A DNA stretch of 64,000 nt. It comes from the human T2T-CHM13v2.0 reference genome, Homo sapiens. The stretch is from NCBI RefSeq assembly GCF_009914755.1, contig NC_060932.1, one strand, 5' to 3'. The position numbers and the translations under genes were made by a program. The notes below the pieces were generated by a model. The model worked only from the letters and a program-made list of their open reading frames with translations. It did no database searches and was not told the origin of the DNA. The stretch's first letter is position 1, and the number at the start of each line of letters is the position of its first letter. Shown here in pieces: positions 62,200 to 64,000 of this stretch.

Positions 62200-63295
62200 G
62201 AATATATTTGTTGCTGCAAAACAAACTTAAAACTTTATATTTGTTGCTGCAAAACAAACTACTTAAAACTTTGTAGCTTAACACCACAATCATTGTAGGT
62301 TAGGCATTCAGAGAAGGCTCAGCAGGATGGTTCGTCACACGCTAAGTGATGTCTTCTGAGACTGGAATGTACAAGATGTTCACTTCACTCATTTCTGGCT
62401 TCTCAGCTAAGTTGACTTCAGTAACTGAGGGCTGGTTGGGGCTGCTTAATGGGGACGATATACCTATGCCTAGGATTTTTGGATTTCTTTGTTGGCTGTG
62501 TTCCTTGGTTCTGCACTGTTGTAGTCTCAGGAGTCTCTCTCTGTCTCTCCCCCTCTCCCCCTCCCCTGGTATCCTGTTTACATGGTGTTACTACATGGTT
62601 TCTTCAAATGATCTTTCCAGCAGCCTAGACAGACCTCTTGCTTGAAAGCTCAGGGCTCCCAAGAGTGCAAAAGTAGAAGCTTACAGAACTTCTCAAGATT
62701 AGTCAGAATGGGCACAACATCTTTCCTGACATATTTTAAAAATTAAGTCACAGGCTCAGCCTAGATTCAAGGATAGGCATGAATAATGAGAAGTATGGGT
62801 AAATGGAGGTATTAATTTAATGAATTACCATAATCCTGACCCCTAATGATTCACATTTCTACCATATACATTATATATTCACTCTCTAGAATGCCTTCCA
62901 AAGATGTCATTCTATTATGACATAGGGCTCAGGCTTGAGGTCCAGGGTCTCCTTATCTAATTTAGGTCCATGTGCAGATGATGCTCTTCAGAAGTGGGCT
63001 CTCTAATGAAATCAAAATTCAAGTTGTCTTCCATATCCCTAACACACATAGGTAAGGCTGTGCCAGGAAAACCAAAAAGAAATTCCTATTTACAAAGGGT
63101 GAAAACAGAAGGCCCACAGTAGCCACTGATTCATAGAAATTTTGAAATCCTGCAAGGCATAAATTTTTCATTCCTTGACTAGGCCCCAGTTCTGCCCTCT
63201 GGGAGTGTTTCTTCATGGCCCTTGGTTCCACCCTCAGAAGCAATTTTTTTCCTATGAGAAATGGCTTTTATTTGGAGTTGAGTGGTTTTCACAGT
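62200..63295 (-). mobile_element. Old MLT1-type LTR plus probable MLT1 internal sequence
   Basis: ttgctgcaaaacaaactacttaaaac...ggctcagcaggatggttc...gctcagggctcccaagag...aagtcacaggctcagcctagattcaagg. Confidence 0.55.
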
Positions 63296-63300
63296 CTGTA

Positions 63301-63831
63301 TGTTGGGGTTCCCAAGACCACCTCAGGCCCAATGATTTACTAGAAAGACACACTGGTCTTGGAAGCTTTATTCACACACTTATGGTTGATTACAGTGAAA
63401 AGATATAGATTAAAATCAGCAAAGGAAAGATGCAAATGGTGTGACTTCCAGGAGTAACCTGGTGCAAGCTTCCAGGTGTCCCATTCCTGTGGAAGGTACT
63501 TAATTCTCTCATCAAGGATGTATGACAACCAGAGAAGCTCCCCGAACCTTGGTGTCCAGTGCTTTTGTTGGGAAGTCACTCAGAATCCTTTTCCCCTCAG
63601 CAAAATAGGCATTCACTGTAAGTCACATTGTCAGTATAAACTAATTGTCAAACTGTTACTGCATGTCCCAAGACCTCAGGCATACCAAAACACTCATCAG
63701 GCAGCATATTCCAGGGTCATAGAGCTCATATCCCAGGAATCAGCAAAAGACTAGTCCTGAACACAGACTTTCCCTCAGAATGTGCAGGGTTTGAGTAACG
63801 TGGGTCTACTGAGTTAACCCTTTCTTGCACA
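63301..63831 (-). mobile_element. MER21-like solo LTR
   Basis: tgttggggttcccaagaccacc...gattaaaatcagcaaagg...ccttggtgtccag...gagttaaccctttcttgcaca; TG...CA termini. Confidence 0.7.
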
Positions 63832-64000
63832 ATTTAAAATTCGTTTTTCATTTGAAACTCTCTCTGGTCTTTTGAGTTCAATATAGTATAATTTCTTTAG
63901 AAAGTTAATACATTTTCTATGTATCAAATTATAAATTCACTTTATTCAATAAAAGCTGTACCCATAAATATCTTCAAGACAGATCTCTTTCCACTTGGAC

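Overview
Primate (probably human or great-ape) non-coding DNA, dominated by transposable elements. It contains about 17 Alu or Alu-monomer copies, three young L1PA3/4-type LINE-1 insertions (one 5'-inverted, one full-length, one 5'-truncated), a nested old L1M/L1PB stack at 46-59.6 kb, a MaLR provirus, several solo LTRs, DNA transposons, MIR/L2 relics and microsatellites. I found no supportable host protein-coding exon, RNA gene or CRISPR array; the longer ORFs in the track are L1, Alu or MaLR remnants or simple repeats. I did not find a new biological system. The best leads are mechanistic. (1) Two tail-to-tail L1s 9.5 kb apart share about a dozen non-consensus ORF2 states, including a frameshift, which suggests gene conversion between the arms. 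(2) The MaLR provirus has discordant LTRs and no target-site duplication. (3) A twin-priming L1 has fully readable junctions. (4) The full-length L1 retains the ZNF93-binding segment and both ORF0 splice donors. (5) A microsatellite carries a fold-back inverted duplication. Subfamily calls and consensus states come from memory, not from a RepeatMasker or Dfam run, and boundaries of old repeats are approximate.
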